Positions 19,140-26,385 of a stretch of 48,168 nucleotides of DNA are shown piece by piece; the first letter of the stretch is position 1, and the number at the start of each line of letters is the position of its first letter. A program made the position numbers and the translations under genes. Under the pieces are notes generated by a model. It searched no databases, had not been told where the DNA came from, and was given only the letters and a program-made list of their open reading frames with translations. Origin of the DNA: a virus (Duplodnaviria; Caudoviricetes); the IMG/VR virus record IMGVR_UViG_3300021082_000037, positions 1 through 48,168 of that record; one strand, 5' to 3'.

Positions 19140-19550
19140 TTACGCATCGCTCACCAGTGTGACGGCTCGAACGGATGTGTGCTCGAAGTCCGCGAGCGTG
19201 AACTCGCGCAGGCGCGGCTGCCAGCGCATCGCCGTGCCGCCGCGCTTCAGCTTCACCTTGCGCCAGCCCCATAGCTCCAGCCGGGCACCCGGAGTCGAGA
19301 GCCAGTCGATGGACTCCTGGGCACGCTCCTCCAGGATCTTCCGCTCATGGGCAGCGAAGTCGGATCCGCAGGACTGGATCCCGACGACGCCGCGCTCGGG
19401 ATCGAGGGCGATGATGTCGATGATCCCGAACAGGTCCTGGCGGATCCCGTGCGGCCCGACGAAGGCGTTGTAGCGCTCGACGATCCCGCAGACCCGGCCC
19501 TGGTTACGAAGCTCGCGCATCGTCCGCTGGGTCGGGGAGGTGCTACTCAG
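19140..19550 (-). CDS. PD-(D/E)XK nuclease, Holliday-junction-resolvase-like (ATG 19520 or CTG 19550)
   Basis: SPTQRT...VE.YN...RQDLFGIIDIIAL...GIQ...ELWGW motif pattern. Confidence 0.7.
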   Translation of the reverse strand: MSSTSPTQRTMRELRNQGRVCGIVERYNAFVGPHGIRQDLFGIIDIIALDPERGVVGIQSCGSDFAAHERKILEERAQESIDWLSTPGARLELWGWRKVKLKRGGTAMRWQPRLREFTLADFEHTSVRAVTLVSDA

Positions 19551-19815
19551 GGGAGCCTCCGCCAGATCCCGAAGTTGCTTCGGTAGCAGCCGGAGCAGCC
19601 GCCGGGGCAGCCTCGCTCTCGACAGCGTATGTGAACACGGTCGCCTTCTTCGCCCACATCGAGCACTCCTCCAGCTTCGTCAGGGCCAGTGAGCGGAAGC
19701 GGGAGTTGGGCAGCCGCTGCAGGAGTTCGTCGACCGAGAGCATCGTCTCGGTGATCACGTCCAGCATCAGTGCCTGCTCGGTGTTCGGGGCGCGATTGGT
19801 GAACAGATCCTCCAT
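19543..19815 (-). CDS. Acb2/Tad1-hairpin-like small protein (putative nucleotide-signal sponge)
   Basis: PNSRFRSLALTKLEECSMWAKKA resembles the SRE.A.ALT..EEA.MW hairpin of the Tad1/Acb2-related family as I recall it. Confidence 0.6.
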   Translation of the reverse strand: MEDLFTNRAPNTEQALMLDVITETMLSVDELLQRLPNSRFRSLALTKLEECSMWAKKATVFTYAVESEAAPAAAPAATEATSGSGGGSPE

Positions 19816-19865
19816 CGTGTCCTCTCGTCAGAGTGAAGCAGGGGGAGGCCCACCCTCCCCCCGTG

Positions 19866-20105
19866 CTACTTCTGCTCGGCCTTCTCGGCCTTCGCGGCCT
19901 CGGCCTTCGCAGCCTTGGCGGCAGCCTCCTGCTCCTTCTCCTCCTCTTCGAGGGAAGGGCGTCCGCTGCGAGAACGGGCGAGATTCTCCTCGTCGCGTGC
20001 TCGCTGATCCTCCGCCTCCCGCGCCTCCTGCACGCGCTCGACGTAGGCCTCCGGATCATCCTGCTGCTGGTCCAGAAGCTCCTGCTCGGTCAGTTCCTCC
20101 GTCAT
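19866..20105 (-). CDS. Charged helical hypothetical protein
   Basis: SD GGAGGAGGTGA before ATG 20105. Confidence 0.7.
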   Translation of the reverse strand: MTEELTEQELLDQQQDDPEAYVERVQEAREAEDQRARDEENLARSRSGRPSLEEEEKEQEAAAKAAKAEAAKAEKAEQK

Positions 20106-20364
20106 CTGTTTCACCTCCTCCGATGTCTCCGACATCATCCCCGATGACGCTGTCGTGCAACCCTCCGTCGCGGAGCCAGAGGACGAAGTCTGCGAGCAGG
20201 ATCGGCTGCATCGTGTCGCCCTCCGGATGCTTGACCCAGTGCAGCGTTCCCCGCCGCGTCGACTCCAGGTGATAGCAGCCGCCCCGGTCACCGGCACGGT
20301 CGGCGGCGACTCGCACCGTCGTCAGGGTGTCGGGGTAGAGACGGAGCGCCGAGCGCAGCTTCAT
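20056..20364 (-). CDS. Hypothetical protein
   Basis: SD GGGAGG before ATG 20364 (MKLRSALRLYP). Confidence 0.55.
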   Translation of the reverse strand: MKLRSALRLYPDTLTTVRVAADRAGDRGGCYHLESTRRGTLHWVKHPEGDTMQPILLADFVLWLRDGGLHDSVIGDDVGDIGGGETDDGGTDRAGASGPAAG

Positions 20365-20458
20365 TGCGTGGTCCTCCCGAGCGCCGGATTCCGACCCGAC
20401 GCCACTCCTCCTGCCCACGCTCGCCGGGTGAACTCCCCTTCCGGCCCCGGCCCCACCT

Positions 20459-20911
20459 TCATAGGCTCGTCATCTCCCCGCAGAGGTAGCCGCGGTAGCG
20501 CTGGCGGATCGTGCGGTCGGCGCGGGACTGACGTTGGCCGTCGATGTCGCGCAGGCTCTCGGGGACGGCGAGGTGCTCGCGGACGTGCTCGTCCTCGGAG
20601 ACGGCGTAGTTGGCTCGCACGACCGGCCGCGGGACGCCGCCGAAGACGACGTAGTGCTGACCGATCACCGGCACCTGGTCGGCACGGAGGAGCCGAAGCT
20701 CGGCCGGAGGGACGGTGGCGGGGGCCTGCTCGGATTGCTCGGAATCATTCCGAGCAACCTCCTCCTCGGGCCAGTCGCCCGGCTCGATGGGAGGCTCGTC
20801 CGGGAACACCTCCTCCAGCTTCTTCTGCTCGACGGCGGTGAGAGGACCCGGATCGTTGGCCGGGTCGTCGAGGCCGGGATAGCCCTCGATCAGGGAGTCG
20901 AACTCGCTCAC
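20459..20911 (-). CDS. Hypothetical protein
   Basis: GTG at 20911 overlaps the upstream TAG (MSEFDSLIEGYPG). Confidence 0.6.
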   Translation of the reverse strand: MSEFDSLIEGYPGLDDPANDPGPLTAVEQKKLEEVFPDEPPIEPGDWPEEEVARNDSEQSEQAPATVPPAELRLLRADQVPVIGQHYVVFGGVPRPVVRANYAVSEDEHVREHLAVPESLRDIDGQRQSRADRTIRQRYRGYLCGEMTSL

Positions 20912-21102
20912 TACGCCCACTCCGGCGTGGCCTGCGCCTGCGCCTGAGCGGCGGCTTCGCAGTCCGGATTGTCCCTGCAAAAGCGGACATTCTGCGTCAT
21001 CTCGACCCCGGAGCGGGGAAGGATGACGACGCCGGAGGCGACCCCGATGTCGGCGTCGTCGCGCTCCCGGCCGCAGATCATGCAACTCCAGGTGAGCTTC
21101 AC
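20911..21102 (-). CDS. Small Zn-finger protein
   Basis: GTGA-coupled; WSCMICG...FCRDNPDC. Confidence 0.65.
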   Translation of the reverse strand: MKLTWSCMICGRERDDADIGVASGVVILPRSGVEMTQNVRFCRDNPDCEAAAQAQAQATPEWA

Positions 21103-21215
21103 GCGATCCTCTTCAGCGCGTGCTTGACGAGGCCCCGCACCCACTCGGCCGGATCCTTCCCTGCCGCCTTGAGCTTCGCCTCGTCGTCCTTGTTGACGTA
21201 CACGGAGACTTTCAT
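21099..21215 (-). CDS. 38-aa ribbon-helix-helix-like DNA-binding microprotein (not in ORF track)
   Basis: MKVSVYVNKDDEAKLKAAGKDPAEWVRGLVKHALKRIA; alternating beta strand followed by two helices; stop overlaps the next GTG. Confidence 0.6.
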   Translation of the reverse strand: MKVSVYVNKDDEAKLKAAGKDPAEWVRGLVKHALKRIA

Positions 21216-21227
21216 GCCGCTAGCATA
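21216..21227. promoter_or_regulatory. Overlapping divergent -10 boxes (TAGCAT on +, TATGCT on -)
   Basis: TANNNT on both strands between divergent genes; the minus box is 6 nt from ATG 21215. Confidence 0.5.
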
Positions 21228-21260
21228 CACCTGTTTGGTACCCCAACACGGAGGTAGTTG

Positions 21261-21695
21261 ATGAGCAAGAGCGGAGCATCAAGGAAGGAGGCGGTGAGGG
21301 AGATCGAAGGGATCCCCGGCACCGTCACGCACGGCTTCAAGGAGCGGCCGATCATCCCGCAGAAGATGCCCGAGAACGTGCGCCGGGCGCTGATCCAGCA
21401 GCGGATCGATCCCGCCGCCCTCTCGATCTACACGATGGGGCCGTGCTCGATCTTCGTCGGCCAGGAGCCAGCAGGCAAAGACCATGAGCTTCTCTGGCAC
21501 CTGACGATCTCGACCCCGTCACGTCATCCGACCTGGGACGAGATCAAGGTCGCTCGCTACCGGCTCCTGCCGCACGACATCTGCGTCGGGATCCTGCTGC
21601 CCAAGCCCGAGTTCTACGTCAACCTGCCCGAGCAGGATCACGTCTTCCAGCTGTGGGAAGTGCGGGACGAGCGCGAAGTCTGGACGACAGGATGA
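21261..21695 (+). CDS. Conserved phage protein (WHLTIS...PTWDEI...YVN...LW family)
   Basis: Recognisable motif; ACACGGAGGT RBS at 21246. Confidence 0.8.
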   Translation: MSKSGASRKEAVREIEGIPGTVTHGFKERPIIPQKMPENVRRALIQQRIDPAALSIYTMGPCSIFVGQEPAGKDHELLWHLTISTPSRHPTWDEIKVARYRLLPHDICVGILLPKPEFYVNLPEQDHVFQLWEVRDEREVWTTG

Positions 21696-21955
21696 GCGCC
21701 ACACCAGGACCGTGGTACGCGCAGGTCGACGACCTGATCGGCGGCTGGATGATCGCCACCGTCGACAAGCCTGCCTCGCAGATCTCGAACCGGCGCGAGG
21801 ACGGCGAGATGGTCGTGGGCGAGTACCTGCGCGAAGAGGACGCCCGGCTGATCGCGAAGCTCCGCAACTGGCAGGCCGAGTACGCCTGGATGGGCACAGA
21901 CGACGAGGTCGAGCGCGGCGACCTGCAGCGTGCGATCCGCGAACTGGCTAGCTGA
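21692..21955 (+). CDS. TPGPW...ARLIA family phage protein
   Basis: ATGA-coupled; motif. Confidence 0.75.
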   Translation: MSATPGPWYAQVDDLIGGWMIATVDKPASQISNRREDGEMVVGEYLREEDARLIAKLRNWQAEYAWMGTDDEVERGDLQRAIRELAS

Positions 21956-22037
21956 CCGTGCCGGTGCCGAAGCAGAAGATCAAGATCAGCGCGGCGGCGA
22001 TCAGGGCCAGCATGACATCCTGGAATGTGAGGCTCAT
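21948..22037 (-). CDS. 29-aa hydrophobic membrane peptide
   Basis: MSLTFQDVMLALIAAALILIFCFGTGTVS with SD AAGGGAGG. Confidence 0.5.
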   Translation of the reverse strand: MSLTFQDVMLALIAAALILIFCFGTGTVS

Positions 22038-22062
22038 GCCTCCCTTGTACCCTGGGCGTCGG

Positions 22063-22257
22063 ATGGCGAACCTCCTCTGCCGGATCGGAATCCACCGCTG
22101 GGACTTCGCCTCGATCCGCGAAGGCGACAACCTCGTCACCTGGGGCTGGTGCCGCCGGATCGACTGCCCTCACTTCGTCAAGCCCCGCGTCGTCGACATC
22201 GAGTGGAGGCCCCAGCCCGACGAAGAGACGCTCCGCCGGATCCGGGACGGGTACTAG
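22063..22257 (+). CDS. Small Cys/His phage protein (LLCRIGIHRW...C...C)
   Basis: Motif typical of small phage Zn proteins. Confidence 0.6.
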   Translation: MANLLCRIGIHRWDFASIREGDNLVTWGWCRRIDCPHFVKPRVVDIEWRPQPDEETLRRIRDGY

Positions 22258-22271
22258 TACCCCACCTCTGA

Positions 22272-22468
22272 GAGGACCCGAGGAGAGGACCCGAGGGCGC
22301 AGGATCGTGCTGAAACGCGCAGATTCAGCGCTGGCGCGGTAGGAAGCCCCCCGCGGGAGGACCCGAGCGCACGCGAGAGCCACGGGGTAGGCCTCCCCGC
22401 CAGCCCTAGCCCTTGGCTAGTGCTGGCACACGCCTGCGGCCAGAGCTATGCCCTGCATAGTTCTGGCC
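22272..22468. repeat. Direct repeats GAGGACCCGAG (22272, 22285, 22357) and inverted repeats (22399-22427, 22438-22468)
   Basis: Read directly in a non-coding gap next to the terS candidate. Confidence 0.75.
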
Positions 22469-22576
22469 TTGGGGTGCTCTCATTTCCTCAGCCCCTCACT
22501 GCGTAGCAGTGGCTGGGGAGGGTAGGCAGTGAGTGTTGTCCCCCTTGGCACCACGTAGTGGTGAGGGGCAGCGAGG

Positions 22577-23302
22577 TCAGCCCGAAGGGCTGAAGATCGC
22601 CTTCAGCTGCTTCCAGGTCGCCGTCTCCGCACCCTCTCTAGAGAGGGTCAGGCTCTGCTCCTCCTGCACCAGCGGGTCGACAGCGTCGACCAGCGCCAGC
22701 ACAGCGCGGGTGGCGGCGATTCCGTCGGAATCGAGAGCGCCGCCAACAGCAGCCATCGCCAACTCCTCAGCCCGTAGGGCTACCACAGCCTTCAATGCCT
22801 TCCGGGGGGATAGACGAGGTTTCACCTCGGGATCTGCGATCTGGGCAAGGGTGTCGTTGGAGAGTGCCCGGTGCGCGTGGAAGACACACACCTCCATCCC
22901 GCGCATCTTCCCCACCTTGCAGCGCTCTCCGTGAACGGTCAGAGCGATGCACCGCTTCTCCTCGGGGACCACAAGGCTTACAGCCTTGGTGCGGTGGACG
23001 TTCCCCTCGTCATCCACGATCACCTCAGACGGCTTCGCCGCCTGGCGTCTGGCTCTGGCAGCGTTGCCGTTCCGACGATCCACCTCTCGCACAGGATTCG
23101 TGGGAGAGCTTCGCTCCGCGCCATCCGCTGTCAAGAGGACTGGTGACCCACTGTTCGGCTGGTCCACCACTCCTACGGAGTGAGTCAGGGCAGTGATGGT
23201 GGCAAGGGGGACAGCGAAGCTGACCGGATCCGTAGCTCTTTCCGGGCGCGTCAGGGCTTCACCCTGTGCGTCATCCAGGTGCTCGCGGGTCATGGCGTCC
23301 AT
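22577..23302 (-). CDS. Terminase small subunit candidate
   Basis: KRCIALTVHGERCK...CVFH Zn motif seen in many actinophage TerS-like proteins; first gene of the late strand. Confidence 0.5.
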   Translation of the reverse strand: MDAMTREHLDDAQGEALTRPERATDPVSFAVPLATITALTHSVGVVDQPNSGSPVLLTADGAERSSPTNPVREVDRRNGNAARARRQAAKPSEVIVDDEGNVHRTKAVSLVVPEEKRCIALTVHGERCKVGKMRGMEVCVFHAHRALSNDTLAQIADPEVKPRLSPRKALKAVVALRAEELAMAAVGGALDSDGIAATRAVLALVDAVDPLVQEEQSLTLSREGAETATWKQLKAIFSPSG

Positions 23303-23308
23303 CACCTG

Positions 23309-23314
23309 ATCCTA
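23309..23314 (-). promoter_or_regulatory. -10 box TAGGAT 6 nt before ATG 23302 (leaderless late promoter)
   Basis: TANNNT-N6-ATG with no SD. Confidence 0.5.
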
Positions 23315-23382
23315 CATGCTCGGAGGCCTCTTCGCTACGCGCAAACCCGCATGCGCCGGTCGTTTCACGACCTCTACGCGCC

Positions 23383-23411
23383 TTCGGATCTTCGATCCGG
23401 CCAGTTAGGAT
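23383..23411 (+). promoter_or_regulatory. Early promoter A: TTCGGA-N17-TAGGAT
   Basis: Same boxes and 17-nt spacing at 27798-27826. Confidence 0.6.
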
Positions 23412-23417
23412 TGTGTT

Positions 23418-23872
23418 CGGATCACTGGACAGCTGGTCCAACCTGCAGCTAGGTTCCGACCGGTTCGCCGATGCCGTCCCGATGCTGACGGGGTAGCGGT
23501 TAGGTGGCAAGCGGTTCCGCCGAGGGATGATCCCCGAAGGCCGATCCCGAGCCTCAATGTGACCCAGATGGACGAGGGAGACACGCTCAGTACCGCAGTC
23601 GTCTCCCCCACCGAGCCATGGGGACAGCAACCTGACGAAGTCAGTCAGGCCATGCCGAACTAGGCGGAGATCATGGGGGTGCCGAAGGCAATGCCGTGTC
23701 GAGCCGCCGCCGAAAGGGCGGACGTCCACACAAACACTCACCCAACAGCATGCGACACCATCGGTGTTACCGCGCCGTTGGAGCTTCGGCCTTGGCTTTC
23801 TGCCAGCCGGTTGCTCCTCCGCCGCGGTGACGCCCACGGTGCCGAAGGCACTGGTGCATCACCACACGGAGG
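23418..23872 (+). ncRNA. Structured leader RNA, copy A (unassigned family)
   Basis: Shares ordered sequence blocks and covarying stems with 27833-28130; no credible ORF; 5' end inferred from the -10 box. Confidence 0.75.
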
Positions 23873-23879
23873 AGGATCG

Positions 23880-24089
23880 ATGAGGAAGGCAAGCAAGCCA
23901 GGGACCACCGTAGGTGGTCAGGAAGGCCGGATCCGGATGGATCTGCGGGGCACGTTCAACGGCACCCCTCGACCGAAGGTCGTCGGCGTCTCGGAGCAGG
24001 TCGCCCTGTCCACCCGCATCATGGAGCGGGACGCAGCACGGGCCATGAAGGCCTGGCGTCGGACACTCCCGAAGGGAGTGAGGGTCTAG
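23880..24089 (+). CDS. First early protein, basic, hypothetical
   Basis: ACACGGAGGAGG RBS; 69 aa. Confidence 0.7.
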   Translation: MRKASKPGTTVGGQEGRIRMDLRGTFNGTPRPKVVGVSEQVALSTRIMERDAARAMKAWRRTLPKGVRV

Positions 24090-24307
24090 TGGACGCCGTC
24101 TACCTGACGGTAGAGCAGATCGCCACGCTCTACCGCTTGTCGAAGACAAGCCAGATCGGGATGGAGCTTCGCTCCACCGTCTCCGATCAGTCGGTCGCTC
24201 ACGTCGTTTCCGTCCTGAAGGACGGTTCGATGGGGTGGTCAGCTGTCCTGCCGGACGGCACAGGCCCGAACCTCTCTTCGAGAGGTCGCCCGGTCTGGGA
24301 GCGCTAA
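24089..24307 (+). CDS. Hypothetical early protein
   Basis: TAGTG-coupled; 72 aa. Confidence 0.6.
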   Translation: MDAVYLTVEQIATLYRLSKTSQIGMELRSTVSDQSVAHVVSVLKDGSMGWSAVLPDGTGPNLSSRGRPVWER

Positions 24308-24318
24308 TCACGTAGTGA

Positions 24319-24382
24319 TTCGGTGTGGCTCGTCACGGAGCCTCGCCGAATCCCTTCGAGAAGCGAAGGGACGACACGGAGG
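24319..24382 (+). repeat. Intergenic twin-hairpin module plus ACACGGAGG
   Basis: TTCGGTG...TCGCCGAA followed by TCCCTTCG...CGAAGGGA. Confidence 0.65.
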
Positions 24383-24387
24383 TACGG

Positions 24388-24867
24388 ATGTCCAGCTGGA
24401 ACGACGCTCTGCAGAATGCAGAGACGGAGATGTGGGACGACATCGTCCAGAACATCGAGGTCCTCAGCGAAGCTGAGGCAGAGGTGCTGCTGTCGGATCG
24501 CTTCGACGGCGGTGCAAGGGTGACCAGCACCTACGGTGCTGTCGAGACGAACGGCATCGACGATGCCGTGAAGGCGCTGCGTGAGTCCGTCCACGCCTCG
24601 GGAGAGATCGTAGATCTCGCTGACAAGCGGCTGGATCGGATCACAAGGCTTCGCCTTCTGACGGATCGGGATGTCCCATTCTGGGACTTCAGCTACTGCT
24701 ACGGCCGTCTGAAAGACGGTACCGACGTTCGGGTCCGGTTCCCTCAGACCCAGTTCCCCAAGCAGGGCCTCAACCAGTCCCTGGTTGAGATGTGCAAGAG
24801 CGTCAACGTGTTCGGGAAGGGCCTGGGGATCTTCGATCCCGAGGTGATCTCGAAGCTGTACGGCTGA
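24388..24867 (+). CDS. Hypothetical early protein
   Basis: ACACGGAGGT RBS; RLRLLTD...FWDFSYCYG. Confidence 0.8.
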   Translation: MSSWNDALQNAETEMWDDIVQNIEVLSEAEAEVLLSDRFDGGARVTSTYGAVETNGIDDAVKALRESVHASGEIVDLADKRLDRITRLRLLTDRDVPFWDFSYCYGRLKDGTDVRVRFPQTQFPKQGLNQSLVEMCKSVNVFGKGLGIFDPEVISKLYG

Positions 24868-24903
24868 CCCCGAAGGGGTCTGACACGGAGGAAGGAGGGT
24901 CAC

Positions 24904-24993
24904 ATGACCCGAGCACAGCTGCTCGATCAGATTGCTCGTAAGAGCAATCTCGGCAACGTCGGCGTTGCCATGGTCGCCGCCGCAAAGCGGTAG
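24904..24993 (+). CDS. 29-aa microprotein (not in ORF track)
   Basis: MTRAQLLDQIARKSNLGNVGVAMVAAAKR after ACACGGAGGAAGGAGG. Confidence 0.55.
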   Translation: MTRAQLLDQIARKSNLGNVGVAMVAAAKR

Positions 24994-25000
24994 ACCGCTG

Positions 25001-25051
25001 GACAGCTTGGAGACTCCCTACGGGAGTCCGGGGTTCGATTCCCCGGCTGTC
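25001..25051 (+). ncRNA. tRNA-like mini-domain (acceptor-like stem, hairpin and canonical T-arm)
   Basis: GACAGC/GCTGTC stem, TTGGA linker, GACTCCC/GGGAGTC hairpin, CGGGG-TTCGATT-CCCCG. Confidence 0.6.
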
Positions 25052-25090
25052 GGTCCCTGTCAAGGTGACAGGGTGTACACGGAGGTGTCC

Positions 25091-25864
25091 ATGGACAAGA
25101 TCCGCTTTCAGCGGATGGCCTCGGCTCACGGCGTCGAGTACGACCTCGAAGAGGTCTTCGGCGGCGAGATCCGTGGTCTACTGACCACGAACCAGAAGGT
25201 CGAGAAGGGCGAGAAGGCCGGATGGCTTACAGCCATCATGCACCTCTCCCCGGCGAAAGCCTCTGGCTTTCAGGTCTGCAGCAGCGCCACGAAGGGCTGC
25301 GAAGCAGCCTGCCTGAACACGGCAGGCAGAGGTGGGATCTTCCGGGTCGGCGAAGCCGACAACTCGATTCAGCGGAAGCGTCGTCTTCGGACGGCGTGGT
25401 ACTTCGCTCGAAGGAACGAGTTCCTTCGCCAGCTGGACTCGGAGATCTCGACCCACACCCGCCGAGCGGCGCGGAAAGGCTTTCAGCCTGCCGTGCGGCT
25501 CAACGGGACCAGCGACATTCGCTGGGAGACGGTGAAGCTCGACGGCAAGACGCTCTTCGAGCGTCACCCCAACGTGGTCTTCTACGACTACACGAAGCAC
25601 AGCGACCGGGATGTCTCTGACATCCCGAACTACTCGCTGACGTTCTCCCTGGCCGAGAACAACGACAGCAAGGCTGTCGAGGCCCTGGCGAACGGGCTGA
25701 ACGTCGCGGCGGTGTTTCACACCGTCCCCGAGACGTTCATGGGTCGTCCCGTCTTCGACGGGGATGCCTCGGACCTGAGGTTCCTTGACCCCTCTGGGGT
25801 CATCGTCGGCCTCAAGGCGAAGGGCAAGGCCCGGCAGGACCGCACCAGCGGGTTCGTGCGGTGA
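25091..25864 (+). CDS. GP88-like protein (Cys-motif, radical-SAM-related fold suspected)
   Basis: VCSSATKGCEAACL, VRLNGTSD, FYDYTK, YSLTFS, GDASDLRFLD, VGLKAKG motifs. Confidence 0.75.
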   Translation: MDKIRFQRMASAHGVEYDLEEVFGGEIRGLLTTNQKVEKGEKAGWLTAIMHLSPAKASGFQVCSSATKGCEAACLNTAGRGGIFRVGEADNSIQRKRRLRTAWYFARRNEFLRQLDSEISTHTRRAARKGFQPAVRLNGTSDIRWETVKLDGKTLFERHPNVVFYDYTKHSDRDVSDIPNYSLTFSLAENNDSKAVEALANGLNVAAVFHTVPETFMGRPVFDGDASDLRFLDPSGVIVGLKAKGKARQDRTSGFVR

Positions 25865-25989
25865 GCGTCGTCGTGAAGATGGCGGTCATTCTGACCGTCT
25901 GCGTCGCCGCTCCCCTCACCAGTCCCTGGTGGCTGACACTGCTCGTCTGGTGGATGGCCCTCTGGGCCACGCCAAGCCTGGACAGCTAA
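25861..25989 (+). CDS. 42-aa Trp-rich membrane peptide (not in ORF track)
   Basis: GTGA-coupled; VILTVCVAAPLTSPWWLTLLVWWMALW. Confidence 0.5.
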   Translation: MSVVVKMAVILTVCVAAPLTSPWWLTLLVWWMALWATPSLDS

Positions 25990-26002
25990 TCGCGAAGCGA
26001 TT

Positions 26003-26080
26003 CGGTGGGGCCTTACGAGGCCCTGCCGTGTCCCTTCGGGACACGATCCATGGATCATGGATCGAAGATCGACACGGAGG
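26003..26080 (+). repeat. Intergenic hairpin module plus ACACGGAGG
   Basis: CGGTG-GGGCCT-TACG-AGGCCC-TGCCG followed by GTGTCC...GGACAC and GATCCATG...CATGGATC. Confidence 0.7.
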
Positions 26081-26085
26081 TAAGC

Positions 26086-26385
26086 ATGCGCTTCATGAAC
26101 GAGTGGGACATCCAGCGGGTCGTGGCGGTCTACGACCGTCACCCGATCCTCGGACCAGCGTCGAAGACGCTGGAGAGCCTGAAGAACTGGACCAACGAGA
26201 ACAGCGATGGCTGGGCCTACTGGCCCAAGCCGTGCCGCGCTGCAGCGAAGCTGATGGAGCTTCTGGAGCGGGATCCTCGCTACGGCGAAGCCGTAGTCAC
26301 CGAGGCCGAGTACAAGGCCGCTCTGCGGCCGATCAAGGCCTTCCGGACGAGGCAGGGAGCAGACTTCGAGATCGTAGATCTCTAG
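26086..26385 (+). CDS. Actinophage-type early protein (SDGWAYWPKP.RAA motif)
   Basis: RBS motif; recognisable motif. Confidence 0.8.
   Translation: MRFMNEWDIQRVVAVYDRHPILGPASKTLESLKNWTNENSDGWAYWPKPCRAAAKLMELLERDPRYGEAVVTEAEYKAALRPIKAFRTRQGADFEIVDL

Noticed and set aside
23540-23720. Twister-like (TCCCGAGCC...GAGGG) and hammerhead-like (CTGACGA...GAAA) fragments in leader A
   Set aside because: I could not build the required P1/P2 helices or cleavage-site nucleotides, and CTGACGA lies in the A-specific insertion, absent from copy B.
23701-23725. GAGCCG...GAAA...AC resembles group II intron domain V
   Set aside because: The complementary CGGTTC lies upstream rather than downstream, and there is no GUGYG 5' end, domain VI or RT/maturase. 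A remote or permuted relationship can only be tested with covariance models.
23271-23837. ORFs overlapping the leader RNAs (23271-23837 minus, N-terminal extensions from 23673 and 27838)
   Set aside because: Atypical codon usage, no RBS, and the A/B similarity is not preserved as a shared protein sequence; the true starts follow ACACGGAGG at 23880 and 28141.
25001-25051. Bona fide tRNA gene or attP remnant
   Set aside because: Only 51 nt, with no D-stem, 7-nt anticodon loop or CCA, and no integrase in the genome. Kept as a tRNA-like element instead.
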